Shown here: in pieces, positions 23,039 through 35,600 of the stretch
How positions within the stretch are numbered: position 1 is the stretch's first letter
How the letters are laid out: each line of letters begins with the position of its first letter
Origin: Macrostomum lignano
Lineage: Eukaryota
Length of the DNA stretch: 64,000 nucleotides
Assembly (NCBI GenBank): GCA_002269645.1
Contig: NIVC01003610.1
Span: 1 to 64,000 of the forward strand
Direction: 5' to 3'
The notes under the pieces: model-generated
Database searches by the model: none
The model's input: the letters and a program-made list of their open reading frames with translations, nothing else
What the model was told of the DNA's origin: nothing
Position numbers and translations under genes: made by a program

Positions 23039-23670
23039 CCTGCATCAGGTAACCGAGTGTTTGAGTGCTTGAGGCAACCCTGCATCAGGTAACCGAGTGT
23101 TTGAGTGCTTGAGGCAACCCTGCATCAGGTAACCGAGTGTTTGAGTGCTTGAGGCAACCCTGCATCCGGTAACCGAGTGTTTGAGTGCTTGAGGCAACCC
23201 TGCATCCGGTAACCGAGTGTTTGAGTGCTTGAGGCAACCCTTCATCAGGTAACCGAGCGTTTGAGTGCTTGAGGCAACCCTGCATCAGGTAACCGAGTGT
23301 TTGAGTGCTTGAGGCAACCCTGCATCAGGTAACCGAGTGTTTGAGTGCTTGAGGCAACCCTGCATCAGGTAACTGAGTGTTTGAGTGCTTGAGGCAACCC
23401 TGCATCAGGTAGCCGAGTGTTTGAGTGCTTGAGGCAACCCTGCATCCGTTAACCGAGTGTTTGAGTGCTTGAGGCAACCCTGCATCAGGTAGCCGAGTGT
23501 TTGAGTGCTTGAGGCAACCCTGCATCCGTTAACCGAGTGTTTGAGTGCTTGAGGCAACCCTGCATCCGGTAACCGAGTGTTTGAGTGCTTGAGGCAACCC
23601 TGCATCAGGTAGCCGAGTGTTTGAGTGCTTGAGGCAACCCTGCATCAGGTAGCCGAGTGTTTGAGTGCTT
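23039..23670. repeat. 40-bp minisatellite, ~16 copies
   Basis: Unit TGCATCAGGTAACCGAGTGTTTGAGTGCTTGAGGCAACCC with single-base variants and no spacers. Confidence 0.95.
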
Positions 23671-24574
23671 TTGGCAAACGGTAAATTTTCTGGAGGACAA
23701 ATTTGACGATAAATCAAAGTTTTAATTCTAAACTGTAGGCCGTTAGATTCTGTCCCCAAGCTGCTGTAATCTCTCCTTCGTGCTCTGCTGGGGAGGAATG
23801 AGCCGTCTACAGTACCTTGCTTATACTTGAATTGTTCGAGCAACCGGGCCAATCCAAGCCATTCAGTTTTGTCTGAATTTGCTTTAAAAATGCCAAGCTG
23901 ACAAATATAACAAATTTAGCATTTCTCTCAAGCTTTAACAAAATCGAAAAGGCGCAACCGATTCTTGAATACTTGGTCTCCATTGAAAGCGCAATAAGTT
24001 TTCTACAACTGCGTTGGACTTAGCTACTTTGAAGCTGTGTTGAAAAACAACAGCCTATGACTCAAATGTTAAAAATAGTTCTTTGTTTGCGATGCGAACT
24101 CCTAATAATTATAAAGCAGAAGCGTTTTCTTCTTCGATTTAGATTTTTTAGGTTAATCCCCCAGAGAAGAATTTTGACCATTGAACGAACCGCTCAGCAC
24201 TCACTGAAGTCCATCCAAGAAAATTTTCATTGTCAAACGATTTCGCTTTTGTTCAATGTATCTACATTAATTGGCGCATCGCAAAAATAACTTTTTAATG
24301 GTATTTCTTTTGGCCTTCATTTACCAGGCAGAATTCTTAGCCACACCATGACGAAACAAATCAAGAAATTTCGTTAGCAAAAGAAGCTGCTGAACAAGTC
24401 AAGATTAAAAACACAGACTGCAGGGCAGAATGGATGCGCACTATTATACCTTTTTGCTATTGAATTCGCCACTTTAGCGTTTGATTTTGTCCATTGATCG
24501 AACATACTAATACATGGAATAAGATCGTGTGCCACTAAAAAGGGGCACTGCGTTTAATTTCAGCAGCAGTAGCC

Positions 24575-25100
24575 ATAGCACATGAGCCATGGATAGTTCC
24601 TTAGATAGCACATGAGCCATGGATAGTTCCTTAGATAGCACATGAGCCATGAATAGTTCCTTAGATAGCACATGAGCCATGGATAGTTCCTTAGATAGCA
24701 CATGAGCCATGAATAGTTCCTTAGATAGCACATGAGCCATGAATAGTTCCTTAGATAGCACATGAGCCATGGATAGTTCCTTAGATAGCACATGAGCCAT
24801 GAATAGTTCCTTAGATAGCACATGAGCCATGAATAGTTCCTTAGATAGCACATGAGCCATGAATAGTTCCTTAGATAGCACATGAGCCATGAATAGTTCC
24901 TTAGATAGCACATGAGCCATGAATAGTTCCTTAGATAGCACATGAGCCATGGATAGTTCGTTAGATAGCACATGAGCCATGGATAGTTCCTTAGATAGCA
25001 CATGAGCCATGAATAGTTCCTTAGATAGCACATGAGCCATGAATAGTTCCTTAGATAGCACATGAGCCATGAATAGTTCCTTAGATAGCACATGAGTCAT
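24575..25100. repeat. 30-bp minisatellite, ~17 copies
   Basis: Unit ATAGCACATGAGCCAT(G/G)(A/G)ATAGTTCCTTAG; it accounts for the repetitive ORFs 24507-25100 and 24560-25093. Confidence 0.95.
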
Positions 25101-26200
25101 AGGCGAAAGTTAAGGCAGTTTTGCCGAAATCCATTTCTAGTCTCTTCATTTCTCACATTGGTTTGGCCATAGAGAAGCCTATTTTGTTTCCCCCAAAAGC
25201 CCCATTTAAAGTTACACCCCAGATTTGTTTCTTTAATTGGCTTGTTCGCCTCGGCCTAGAAACGCATCCTCAGCCATTCTTTACGCCATAGACAGCAAAT
25301 CTGGGGGGGGGGGTGTTATTATATTTGAACCCAAGTGTGGCTCACACTGCGGTTTAAATGAATGGCTTGACGAAGTTAGTCGCAAACGCTGATGTGACTA
25401 ATTGAATCGAAAAAGGTGCATCAAAAATCTGTAATTAACCTGTAATTAAAGTAAACCTAGGTAGAAATCCGGCTTCAATAAGAATTATTCTCAACTTTAA
25501 AAGCAAAAACAGTCACAGATGAGCAGTGAAGCACAATCTAGCCAAAGAATGGATAGATATATTTATAACCGAGCCTTATTGACGTGCGAAGGGAAAGCTG
25601 AGAAAATATTGACTTCCGGCCATTAGAAAGCTGGAGGTAGAGTCAGAAAACTTTTATAACTGATTGAGTAAAGCAAACAAGTACCTCATCATAAAAAACG
25701 GGCTAGGGCTGTGGGAGATCAATAACTATCCCTCGGAAGTCTTCTTCGATTGCTATTCAACTCTCGAAGCCTCATTATCTTCACGGAAATCAGATATGAA
25801 GGTGAGCTGTGAGCAGATTATTGATCCATAGACGGAGCAGCGGCGCTAATGACCTGCTGAATTCAATAGAAAAGCTGAGCCCAGCAGCTCGGCGTTGCGA
25901 AGCGATGTGACTTCGAGACAGGGAATATTGACTGACAGCTCAGGTTCTATGGGGCTTAGCAAAGTCTAAGTGACGAATCAATGTAAGCTTGCACCAATCC
26001 GATAATCGGGTCATTTTGATTCTCGCAAATAAGAAGCAATCAAATTTGGAATTATCACAAACGCTTGACTCACCGGCCACAGCTTCGCCAATCACGGATA
26101 AACATTGGCGCATATTTAAGCGAGAGGATTTTGCGGGGGAGGCTGACCAAGTTTTGTTTTCCGGCTACAGAGTCCCCCGTCCTTCAGCCCAGCCAGTGAG

Positions 26201-29200
26201 ATGACCGCTTGGCACGCCAGCTTCCGAGCTGTCGCCGCGCCGCTCTGCGCTCTCCTCGCGCTGTCCACCTGCGCAGGAGCCGTCAAACTGGCGGTGGTCG
26301 CTCAGAACGGCAGCATTGGAGACTTGGCCGTGGGCCGAGCCATCGACCTGCTCATCAACAACTACTGGAAGCTGACGGCATTCAAGACAAACCCCATGAC
26401 GCACGTCTTTGTTCAGGCCAGCGATGCTGTCGAGGCTATGCGAACTGGTTGGTCTTATTACTAATAAGCTTTTCAGATGAGGCGTTGTGGTTCTGTCGCT
26501 CGGATAAGGAGATAACCTTGTAGCTTATCTCCTTAATCGCTCAAATCTACAAATCTAAATATTTACTGAGCGATTAAACTAGGCCATCAGAATATTGCTT
26601 ATATCATTTCCGCTTTAAAGTCAGAGACTCCTGAGGAGAGTCAGATTTCGATACACATTAGAAACTAAGATGCACTACACTACCAGTTGTTTTGCACCTG
26701 CCTCGGTTTTATATCTTCAACGCATTCTTTTTCGATTTAAAACTTAACAATACAGACAGTTTAGCTACAAGCGTAATTCAAGGCACATAAGTCTAGACAC
26801 TTCCATAAATGCCAGTTTAAAACATAATCCAAACCGCGCAAAACGATTTGTCCCACTACAAGTAGCATGTCTAGCAACGTACGAGTATGGTCAATAAATC
26901 TGTCACTGTCACCAAGCCACAGGCAAACAAAATTTGCATAGGTGCAGTTTTCTATGAAGACTGAAAAACAAATTCCAGTGTGCAACACACCCGGCCTGCA
27001 CGGAGTAGTCGCCGTGGGCTCCTGCGCCTTCGTTACCGACGTTCTGGCCGTCTCCACCTCAATCAGCGTGCCGGCCGTCGCTGTCTTTCGCGACCTCTGC
27101 TTCGTCAACAATACCAATCGTAATGATATTTATTAAACTCTGTCTTTATGACATGTGCTCCAAGAAACAGTCAGTTAAAGAGTTTGCATTCCTCACAATT
27201 TTGCAGCCGTGACTCTAATCTCGAACCCGGACGTCGGAACTTTCCTGGAAGCTGCTGCGACAATCGTGAGTCGGCTCGAGCAAAAGGCCGTCGTTGTCTT
27301 TTACGATAAGTATCAAGGTAAGTCACAAAGGTGCACAGCTTTGCAGTGTGAGTCTCACAAGCTCTCTAATCTGATTGCAGATCACCGTCTTCTGGAGAAG
27401 CTGCAGCAACTGCTATCGGATAAAAGTATCCCCAGCCTGACTTTCCAAATCGATGACTCAGCAAGCAACCTGACCAGCATACTGAGAAACGTCGTTTGGA
27501 AGCGTTATCGAAACACATTGGTTCTGTGCACGCCTGAAAATGTCGACGCCGTTTTACGAGAGGTGCGAATTCAGGATTGTTTTTGGCACACTTTATACCT
27601 ATCCTGGCATTCACTAAGAGCATGCTAATTCATTAGAGCCTTTCTCAACACAGGCTCGGAACACGGGCACACTGAAACTCAACTACTTCTGGACAGTGAT
27701 CGACACGGGAGTTCGACTTGTGTCCATCGAGGACCTGCTCCCTACAAACGAGTCTGCAAACATTCTTGTGATCCGAGAGTCGCCCATAGACTTGAAAACG
27801 GCCTCAGCCGGTTGCACCTCACAGCTCAAGGCCGTGTTTTCGGACTGCCAAATGAGCAAATACTCGGTAAGCTTTTATTTACAAACTTCTTCTGCAATAG
27901 ATTCTAGGCGCTGTCACCAGCCCCAGACTCTGATCATGACTGTACCAGTAGATGCTGGAGATGAAGGCAGTAGAGGCCGTGCTGTCGTTCGCCAGCGCTA
28001 CGCAGAGCCTACTGGACAGTTCCGGTCTTCCAGTCAGCAACGCGTCGTGTCGGCCGTTGCAGCCATGGTTGGCGGGTCCCGCACTGGCTGCGCAGCTGAA
28101 GCAGGTACGGATCGTACCGGAACAGGTGCTCATGGATGATGTCGTCTGTCTCAGTCTGCTCAGTCGAAACCGTTCAACTTTGTAGCAGCGACAGCCGCTG
28201 TCAGCTGGGAGCAGCTGGACACCCAGCGACTACTTCCTGGAGGTTCAGGCTACGTTCCACGACGAGTTCTCCGACCCGGTCCGGTTCGTCAACAGCGGCC
28301 GCTTCTTTGTAGGGAACGGCTCTTTAGAGATCAGCTTTCGCTACAGAGGTCGGAGCCTCATCTTCCCCAACACATTTATTGACTTTAAGAACAAGAGTCT
28401 GCGGATTTGCGCTGTCGCGGTAGGTGGAAGAGCAAAGAAATGAAAAATTTCGGTTATCTCTTTAGTCCTAAAATAGTTTTTCATTTTCAGTCGAAGCCCT
28501 ACACCATGTACTCCGGCGGGTTAGTGGGCAATGCTTCTGGCATTACAGCCGATTTGGCTGCGTTCTTTTCGAAGCATCTCAACTTCACGTACGATTGATT
28601 TACTTTAAATAAATGCTGGGGCTTTTGTCTAAACATCATATAATTTAGTTAAAGAGTTAAACATTAATTTTTCAGCTACTCGATCTTTACGCCACCGGAC
28701 AACCAGTTTGGCGCCCCGTCTCCTGGCTCCCCGTACTTTACAGGCTGCATCGGCATGGTGCAAAAAGGCGTGAGTAGCCCAGACTAACCAATTATTTCGA
28801 CAAGCTTGTCATTCTGAAATTGAACTCTTCCTCAAATCACATTTAGGAGGCCGACTTCGCCACACCATTCGCCATCACGACAATCCGATCGAAGGTGATC
28901 GACTATTCAGAAGAATTCCTTTTCTCCTCAAACACCATCCTGGTGAAAAGGCCCATGGCTGAGTCCAAGCTGTGGAATGTGTTTGCGCCGCTCTCCTGGG
29001 ACTCCTGGACTCTCATTGTGGCCATGTTCCTGGCCGTACCGCTCCTTATCTACGGGTTAGCTCGGCTGAGTCCATTCACTGGCTGGAACTTGAACTTGCC
29101 CTTTGCTTTTGCTGACGAGGTCTGGCTCAAAGAGTACATCTGGTCGACAGTGGGCAGCTTCCTGCAGCAGGGCCAGGACTTTTATCCGTTTGCCATGAGC

Positions 29201-30549
29201 CCTCGGACAGTATTGGCTTTCTGGTGGATGCTCACCGTTATCATTTTTGCTACCTACACTGGTGAGTCGGCCTTCTGGTCACTGTCTCTACACTTTTGAG
29301 ATGTTTTATAGACCTTCAAAATCGGAGTTTGACAATTTTTACAAGCAAGTGTGTTTTATGGCGTAGATTAACTGCTCGAATCAAAACTCAGGCAAAATAT
29401 AATAGAACTTGCTTAGCTATTTTTTTATTGTTTCTGATTGCTTGTAACTTGCGTTTTTTTGCGATCATAAGAACCGCTCTTCGGCACTGCTCAGGGGACC
29501 TCACGGCCAAGCTGGCAGTGACTGTGGCCAAGTACCCAATCCAGAGCTTGGACGATCTCATCTCCAAGCCGCACTACAAGGCCATGCTGCCCAGAGGCAC
29601 CAACATCTACGCTGCTGTGCTGAGCGCCACAGAGGGGCCGCTGCTGCAACTGCGCAAGCAATGGATGGTGGTTGACTCCTTCGACACCTGCGCTACCAAT
29701 GTAATTACATATAACTGATGAGGATTAAGAGTTAGACTTAGGCAAGGAAGGTACTTGTACTCAATTTTTTCTGATCTACATTTGCAAAATATACCAACCC
29801 AACTTCAGTTGGTGAGGATGCCGGACCCATACCTGGTGTGCATATCGGACCTCAGCATCAGTTTGTTCTACGCTAACGAGCTCTGCAGTGAGATCTACAA
29901 CGCAGAGAACTACTTTAACACATATTATTTGGCTATGGCCTTCCCACAGGATGCATACTACCTGCCTGCCTTTGACTTCCTGTGAGTGGGAACGAGGGAT
30001 CAGTAATGTGTGGATGCGAGTTGTGAAAAAGTATCCCCATGCACTCGAAAATTACTGCAATTATTCTTTTACTCTAAATTAATAGGTCTCTTGCAAACTT
30101 TAAACCTCAAACCTCGAATTTTAAATCATTATTTGTATCATTTAAAAATTCGAACGAACTTTATGTACCATAAAATTGACAGTTTTGCCTGAAACAGAAG
30201 TTCTGCCTTCTAGTGAGACTGCATCTGCAAGTGCTTCGTACTGTAAATTCTACAATAATTGGTATTCGTTTTTTGCCAAGTCTCCTTTCAAAATATTCCT
30301 CTCAGGATTCAGAGAAGCAAAGCGAACGGCGTCATGAGCATGATCACTGGCAAGTACATCCCACAGACTGCCGAGTGCGGCTCCGCCGTCAGCGCAGCTG
30401 CTGAGGCTGCGGCCATCCCCCTGGAGGGCGTTGGTGGTGCCTACATCGTCAGTCTGGGCCTCTACGTGTGCGGCGGCCTCATCCTGTTGATTGAGCTGCT
30501 CTGGGTGTTGCTGTTGAAGAAGGAGTCGCTGGATTTTCCGGGTTTTTGA
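26201..30549 (+). CDS. Divergent ionotropic glutamate receptor-like subunit, paralogue 3 (13 exons, intact, 836 aa)
   Basis: Exons: 26201-26447, 26979-27119, 27207-27317, 27381-27562, 27654-27866, 27952-28104, 28186-28419, 28491-28588, 28676-28769, 28847-29261, 29495-29700, 29809-29981, 30306-30549. Exon lengths equal those of paralogue 2. Motifs: WSTVGSFLQQG, ATYTGDLTAKL, end ESLDFPGF*; AATAAA at 30582. Confidence 0.92.
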
Positions 30550-31436
30550 TAGCTACCGTTCTATCTGCAACTCACAATAATAATAAAACAGGCTATTCAT
30601 TATTGCACCTGTACCACACCTGCTTGGTAGCTTGGTAGCCATAGTAAGCAACACCCAGAACCTTAGAAGTGCCACTTTTCTCTCACAAACAACTGAAGCT
30701 TACATTTCCTTCAGAAGAATGATTTTTCAGACACAGTGAATTACAGGCATATAATACACCCGAGCAGGCATAGAAGGCAAGCAGCTATAAGAATTCTTAT
30801 TAAAAGTTTTTTTGCTTCTGCTTTTTAACAGTGAAAATCAACTGCAAAATAAAAATGGGAAAAGTCTTGATTCAAGAACCTATTTTTCCTGTTGTCAATA
30901 ACTTTCTTCGTCTAAATTACTTTTTGCATACTCGCAATCACTTTCGCCGCAGGAGTTGGTACGTGTACACCCAAAAAGTTACGAAAAAGCTTCCAAAAAA
31001 TCACAAAACAGTCAGAGGAAAATCTTTTTTTGACCAAGTAGCTACTTCCGCTTTATCCTGAAGGTGTTCAAATCTTGGTGAACTCTGCTTCACAATAATA
31101 CATGGAAGGAAGTGCGTACAATCGAAAGATAAAAGGAAAGCCGTGGCTATGAACAATTTTCTTTACATTCTTATGAAATCCTTTGCAGCAGGCTCTGACT
31201 AATCAGAGGCTGTCGCTCGTCTGAAGAAAAATCTTCCAAGTTCAAAGAGAGCGTGAATGAGATCAAAGAGATCGCAGCGGAGAACACATTCAGCAGATAC
31301 TTTGACGCTAATGCGCTCACATTAACTGCTTGGCGTCAAACTCTTGTATCAATTCTTGCGTTGGTTTGTTACTGATTCTGAGTAGAAACTCCACTACTCT
31401 GCCCTGCGTGCGTGCGTGCTCTCTCGAGCGGAGTCG

Positions 31437-31843
31437 CTTGTCTCTGCGTGCTTGTCTCTGCGTGCTTGTCTCTGCGTGCTTGTCTCTGCGTGCTTGTCTC
31501 TGCGTGCTTGTCTCTGCGTGCTTGTCTCTGCGTGCTTGTCTCTGCGTGCTTGTCTCTGCGTGCTTGTCTCTGCGTGCTTGTCTCTGCGTGCTTGTCTCTG
31601 CGTGCTTGTCTCTGCGTGCTTGTCTCTGCGTGCTTGTCTCTGCGTGCTTGTCTCTGCGTGCTTGTCTCTGCGTGCTTGTCTCTGCGTGCTTGTCTCTGCG
31701 TGCTTGTCTCTGCGTGCTTGTCTCTGCGTGCTTGTCTCTGCGTGCTTGTCTCTGCGTGCTTGTCTCTGCGTGCTTGTCTCTGCGTGCTTGTCTCTGCGTG
31801 CTTGTCTCTGCGTGCTTGTCTCTGCGTGCTTGTCTCTGCGTGC
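31437..31843. repeat. 14-bp minisatellite, ~29 copies
   Basis: Perfect TCTCTGCGTGCTTG array. Confidence 0.95.
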
Positions 31844-32696
31844 TATATGATGCTTAAAACGTTATTTAACTTAAAAAGTAAAAGCCACATGATCTAGGAT
31901 AATCTTTTTTTACCTTTTTTATAAATGTACTACAAGTATTTTGGCGAAAGTCGTGGCGCCGTCGCCCCTTTTTTTGCGTCTCGCCTGCGTGAGCTTAAAA
32001 TATTTTCTACTTAAAGAGTTTTTCCAATTTCTAGCATCCCTGTTTGCATTCGATGCGCCAAATGTAGCTTTAATTTGAGCTGTTGCTTTTACGGGGTTGT
32101 TTCAGGAAATACCCTTTCGTACCAATAGTGACCTTGGATGTTACTACTAAAAGAAAAAAACCAGCGTTCTTTAGGTTTGATGAAGGAAAAGTCCCGCCTG
32201 GACAATGAGAAACCCGATCGCTGAAGCGAACCTCATTAAATAAGATATCGAAGGTGAAGCCAGGCAATTTGAAGGTTGCCAAGCCCTGCGGTAGATTCTA
32301 TTTCATAGAGATGCGGAACTCAGCAGTCCTGAGTCCCTTCTACCGCGGGTGTTTTGCCACCGGACCAACAGCACCGCGACTAAATAGCTGTAACTGGAAA
32401 CCCAATCGACTCAAGCTTGTTATCCGAAAAAGGTGAGATCTTTCTGGCTGCAAAGACAGGCATCAGGATGTAGTACAGAACACATCCCATCTTATGCTGC
32501 CTTGAAAATCGCCTGATCTCGTTAGAACCTTCCCATTTTTACTTAATGAGACTGCAGTTGAATAACCAGCCTCTGATCGATCGGAAACATCTGATACCAA
32601 AACCAGCTCCAGTTCAGCCAGATCTCAATAAATAGCTCCAGTGTCCCACTCCGGCAGCGGCTCGCGGCTCTCACACACGCGATCTTTAAGTCAGTC

Positions 32697-35600
32697 ATGT
32701 GGCACGAGCTGCGAACGCTGCTGCTCCTGCTGGCCCTGCACGCCTGCAGCGGGTCATCCGTGCGCCTGGCTGTTGTAAGCGAAGCCGGAAGTCTCGCGGA
32801 CAGTTCGATCATCACCACAGCGGTGGACAAGCTGGTCAACGGAAACTGGAGGTATCCGGCATTCAAGACCAGTCCGATGTCGCTGGAGCTGCTGCCGACT
32901 GCGGACTCAGTGGAGGCTGCGCAGAGAGGTAAAAACAGCTTGCGATACAAATGTATTGTAGAATTCTAAGAAAGAAAATTATGTACTCGTACTTTGGTGA
33001 CAATCAATAGCTGATTAGGTTCAACGACGACTTGCTTGCTTACCCGGAAAATCTCTTCTGAAACTTCAGTGTGTCGATCGACAGGTCTCAACGGCTTGGT
33101 CGTCGTCGGCTCTTGTCAGTTCGTCTCGGATGTGCTCAAAATCTCTGGCTCCCTACAATTACCGACAGTCGCAGTTCTCAGAGGCCTTTGTCGGCTACCC
33201 AGTGTGCCAGGTAAAACCCTTATTACCACAACCTATCTACTGACGCACACTTGCTTACATCACAGACAAGAATGAATCGCATGTCTTTACAGACTCAGCG
33301 ATCGTATCGAGTCCACTGGCGACTGACTTCTTGAGGGCGACCGCAGAAGCAATGGACCGAGTCTCCGCTAATCTGGTCGCTGTCCTTCACGACAGACAAC
33401 AGGGTGCGCATGTCTTCCTCAAGATTACTCGTAACGCCCCATTTGTAAGTTGACAGCAATGCCTTCCTCAACCATGGTGGCCAACACTCGTCATTGCAGA
33501 CCACTTGCTGCTTGAGCAGCTTCAGCAACTGCTCTCGGAGAAGAGAATCGCCAGCATGATGTTTCAGTTCGACGAGTCGGCCACCAATTTGACACAAATC
33601 CTGCAAAACAGCGTCAAGGCTCAGATTCGATACTGTGTGGTCGTCTGCGAGCCCGACAAGATCCCACTCGTCTTCGAGCAGGTGAGCTCAGGTACAAATT
33701 CTTTCGCACAATCGATTAGGGCTTAATATCATTTGGTTGTCATTCCAGGCTCGGAACACAGCCACACTGCAGATCAACTACTTCTGGACCGTGATTGACA
33801 CAGGAATTTCGCCAAGAACTATCGAGACTCTGATCCCCGCGAATGGGTCTGCGAACATCCTCTTGATCCGTGAGTCGGCAGTTCTTCTCAAAGAAATGGA
33901 CTGCTCTGTAGATCTCGGAGTCGTGTATCCGGACTGCCAGTTCAGCAAGCGTTCGGTGAGGAACTCGTTCCCTGCAAACTTCTTCTGCGATGGAGCTTAG
34001 GCGCTGGCGATCTATCTGCAGTAGACCCTGAATATCCCTCAGATGCTGGAGCTGAAGGCGTTGGAGGCCGTGCTGTCATTCGCCAGAGCTACACAGAGCC
34101 TGCTGGACAGCTCCGACCTCGGCCTGACCGCCAGCAACGCGTCGTGTCGGCCGCTGCAGCCGTGGTCGGCGGGTCCCGCAGTGGCTGCGCAGCTGAAGCA
34201 GGTTGGAGTTCAGTTGCCTGTCTGACTCAGATTCTTAGCGACATGTGCGATTTGTGGTTGAGTTTGCTTTACACCGGCATACTTAATAGCTGAATCAGAG
34301 AACAGAAAGCAAAGCTTACTGGAACCACGGCTGTAATTAATGCTTAACCCCATATTTCCTGGCATGCCTCATAGCAGCGGCTCAGCCCAGCCAACGGAAG
34401 TGCGGGGCACCGGAGCGACTACTTCCTGGAGATGCTGGGCCTGCTTAGCAACCCGGAGGCAGTCGCGGAACTAGTGCCAAGCGGCCGGTTTATCGTCGAG
34501 AACGGCAGCCTTGTAGTGACCTTCGAGTACAAGGAGCGCGAGCTGCTGTTTCCCAACACCTTCGTGGACTTCAAGGGAGCTCGACTGCGGGTCTGCGCGC
34601 CGCCGGTAAGGGCTTTCTTTTCAGCGAAATATGTAACTTTTGCCTCGTTTCTCGAATTTACTTGCAATCAAATATCTCTTTTGGTGCAGATCTTAAATAA
34701 TAATAATTGATTACCCATGCCCCAATGGTCAAGCGACAGCTCAGCCGCAGCTATTGCGCGGCGCCTCTGAATGCTGCGTACGGCTGTTCAGTCCAAGGAC
34801 TCTCAATCGCTACTCACCCTCAATTATCCCAGCTAATGTTGGTACCCATTTTTCAGCTTTGTGAACTGAAGCAATGCAGAGTTATGTTTTATTGTTCATG
34901 CTCAAAGACAAATTGTTTCGAGCGGGTCGAGAATCGAATTCCCGACCTTTCAGTCATGAGTCAGACGCACTCCCAATGGGCTACAACCCCCCTGAAGACG
35001 CTGAGGTTGTCTGATGAAGCTTAATTTTGTTTTAAATTGTGCTTGGAGTAATGAAGTAGTGTTCGATTCATACAGTTGTGCAAACAGTAAAACGCTGGAA
35101 ATGACTTAATTCATATAATGAAGCAAAACTGGCATGATTTAATTATCTTGTCTGCATGCTAAGCTGATACTCTGCATGAACCAATCCAGTTTCCACCTTA
35201 CACGGTCTACGAGAACTACACATTTGGCAGAGCTTCTGGACACTCGGTCGAAATGCTTAGCTACTTTACCAGGCACCTCAATTTTACGTAAGCCATATTA
35301 TTTTTCATCAGTCATCTCTACATGAAAATATGCTTCATTTTTTATGCCTCAATTTGAAGGTACGACCTGTTCTCTCCGCCGGATAACCAGTTCGGGGCAC
35401 CTGTGGAGGGCTCACCCTACTTTACTGGCTGCATCGGCATGCTGCAGAAAAGAGTGAGCGCAGTGAACATACGAGCGTATGTTCACTTCCAAATGAATTC
35501 AACACACTGAATGACTGAATCTGTTTCTGTCTTTCAGCAAGCGGATTTCGCGATGCTGTTCGCTACTACTACTTTCCGCCATAAAGTAGTCGACTACTCG

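Noticed and set aside
23039-25100. Regular 40-bp and 30-bp arrays resembling CRISPR arrays
   Set aside because: The units are head-to-tail with no unique spacers, there are no cas genes, and the DNA is intron-containing eukaryotic sequence. The same applies to the arrays at 10319, 31437, 36780, 39229 and 53099.
24507-25100. Long repetitive ORFs (MAHVLSKELF..., also 31330-31897, 36735-37391, 61367-62206, 62758-63947)
   Set aside because: They are translations of stop-free minisatellites lying in introns or intergenic DNA, not proteins.
32543-32950. Antisense ORFs duplicated at 32543-32950 and 47097-47438 (and similar ORFs opposite other exons)
   Set aside because: They are shadow ORFs on the reverse strand of GC-rich iGluR exons, duplicated along with them.
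32527-34605. Idea that paralogues 4/5 or 2/3 are just two haplotypes of one gene assembled in tandem
   Set aside because: Their channel-half exons and introns are strongly diverged and carry different insertions, which is not allelic-level variation. Mis-assembly of only the identical 5' blocks remains testable with long reads.
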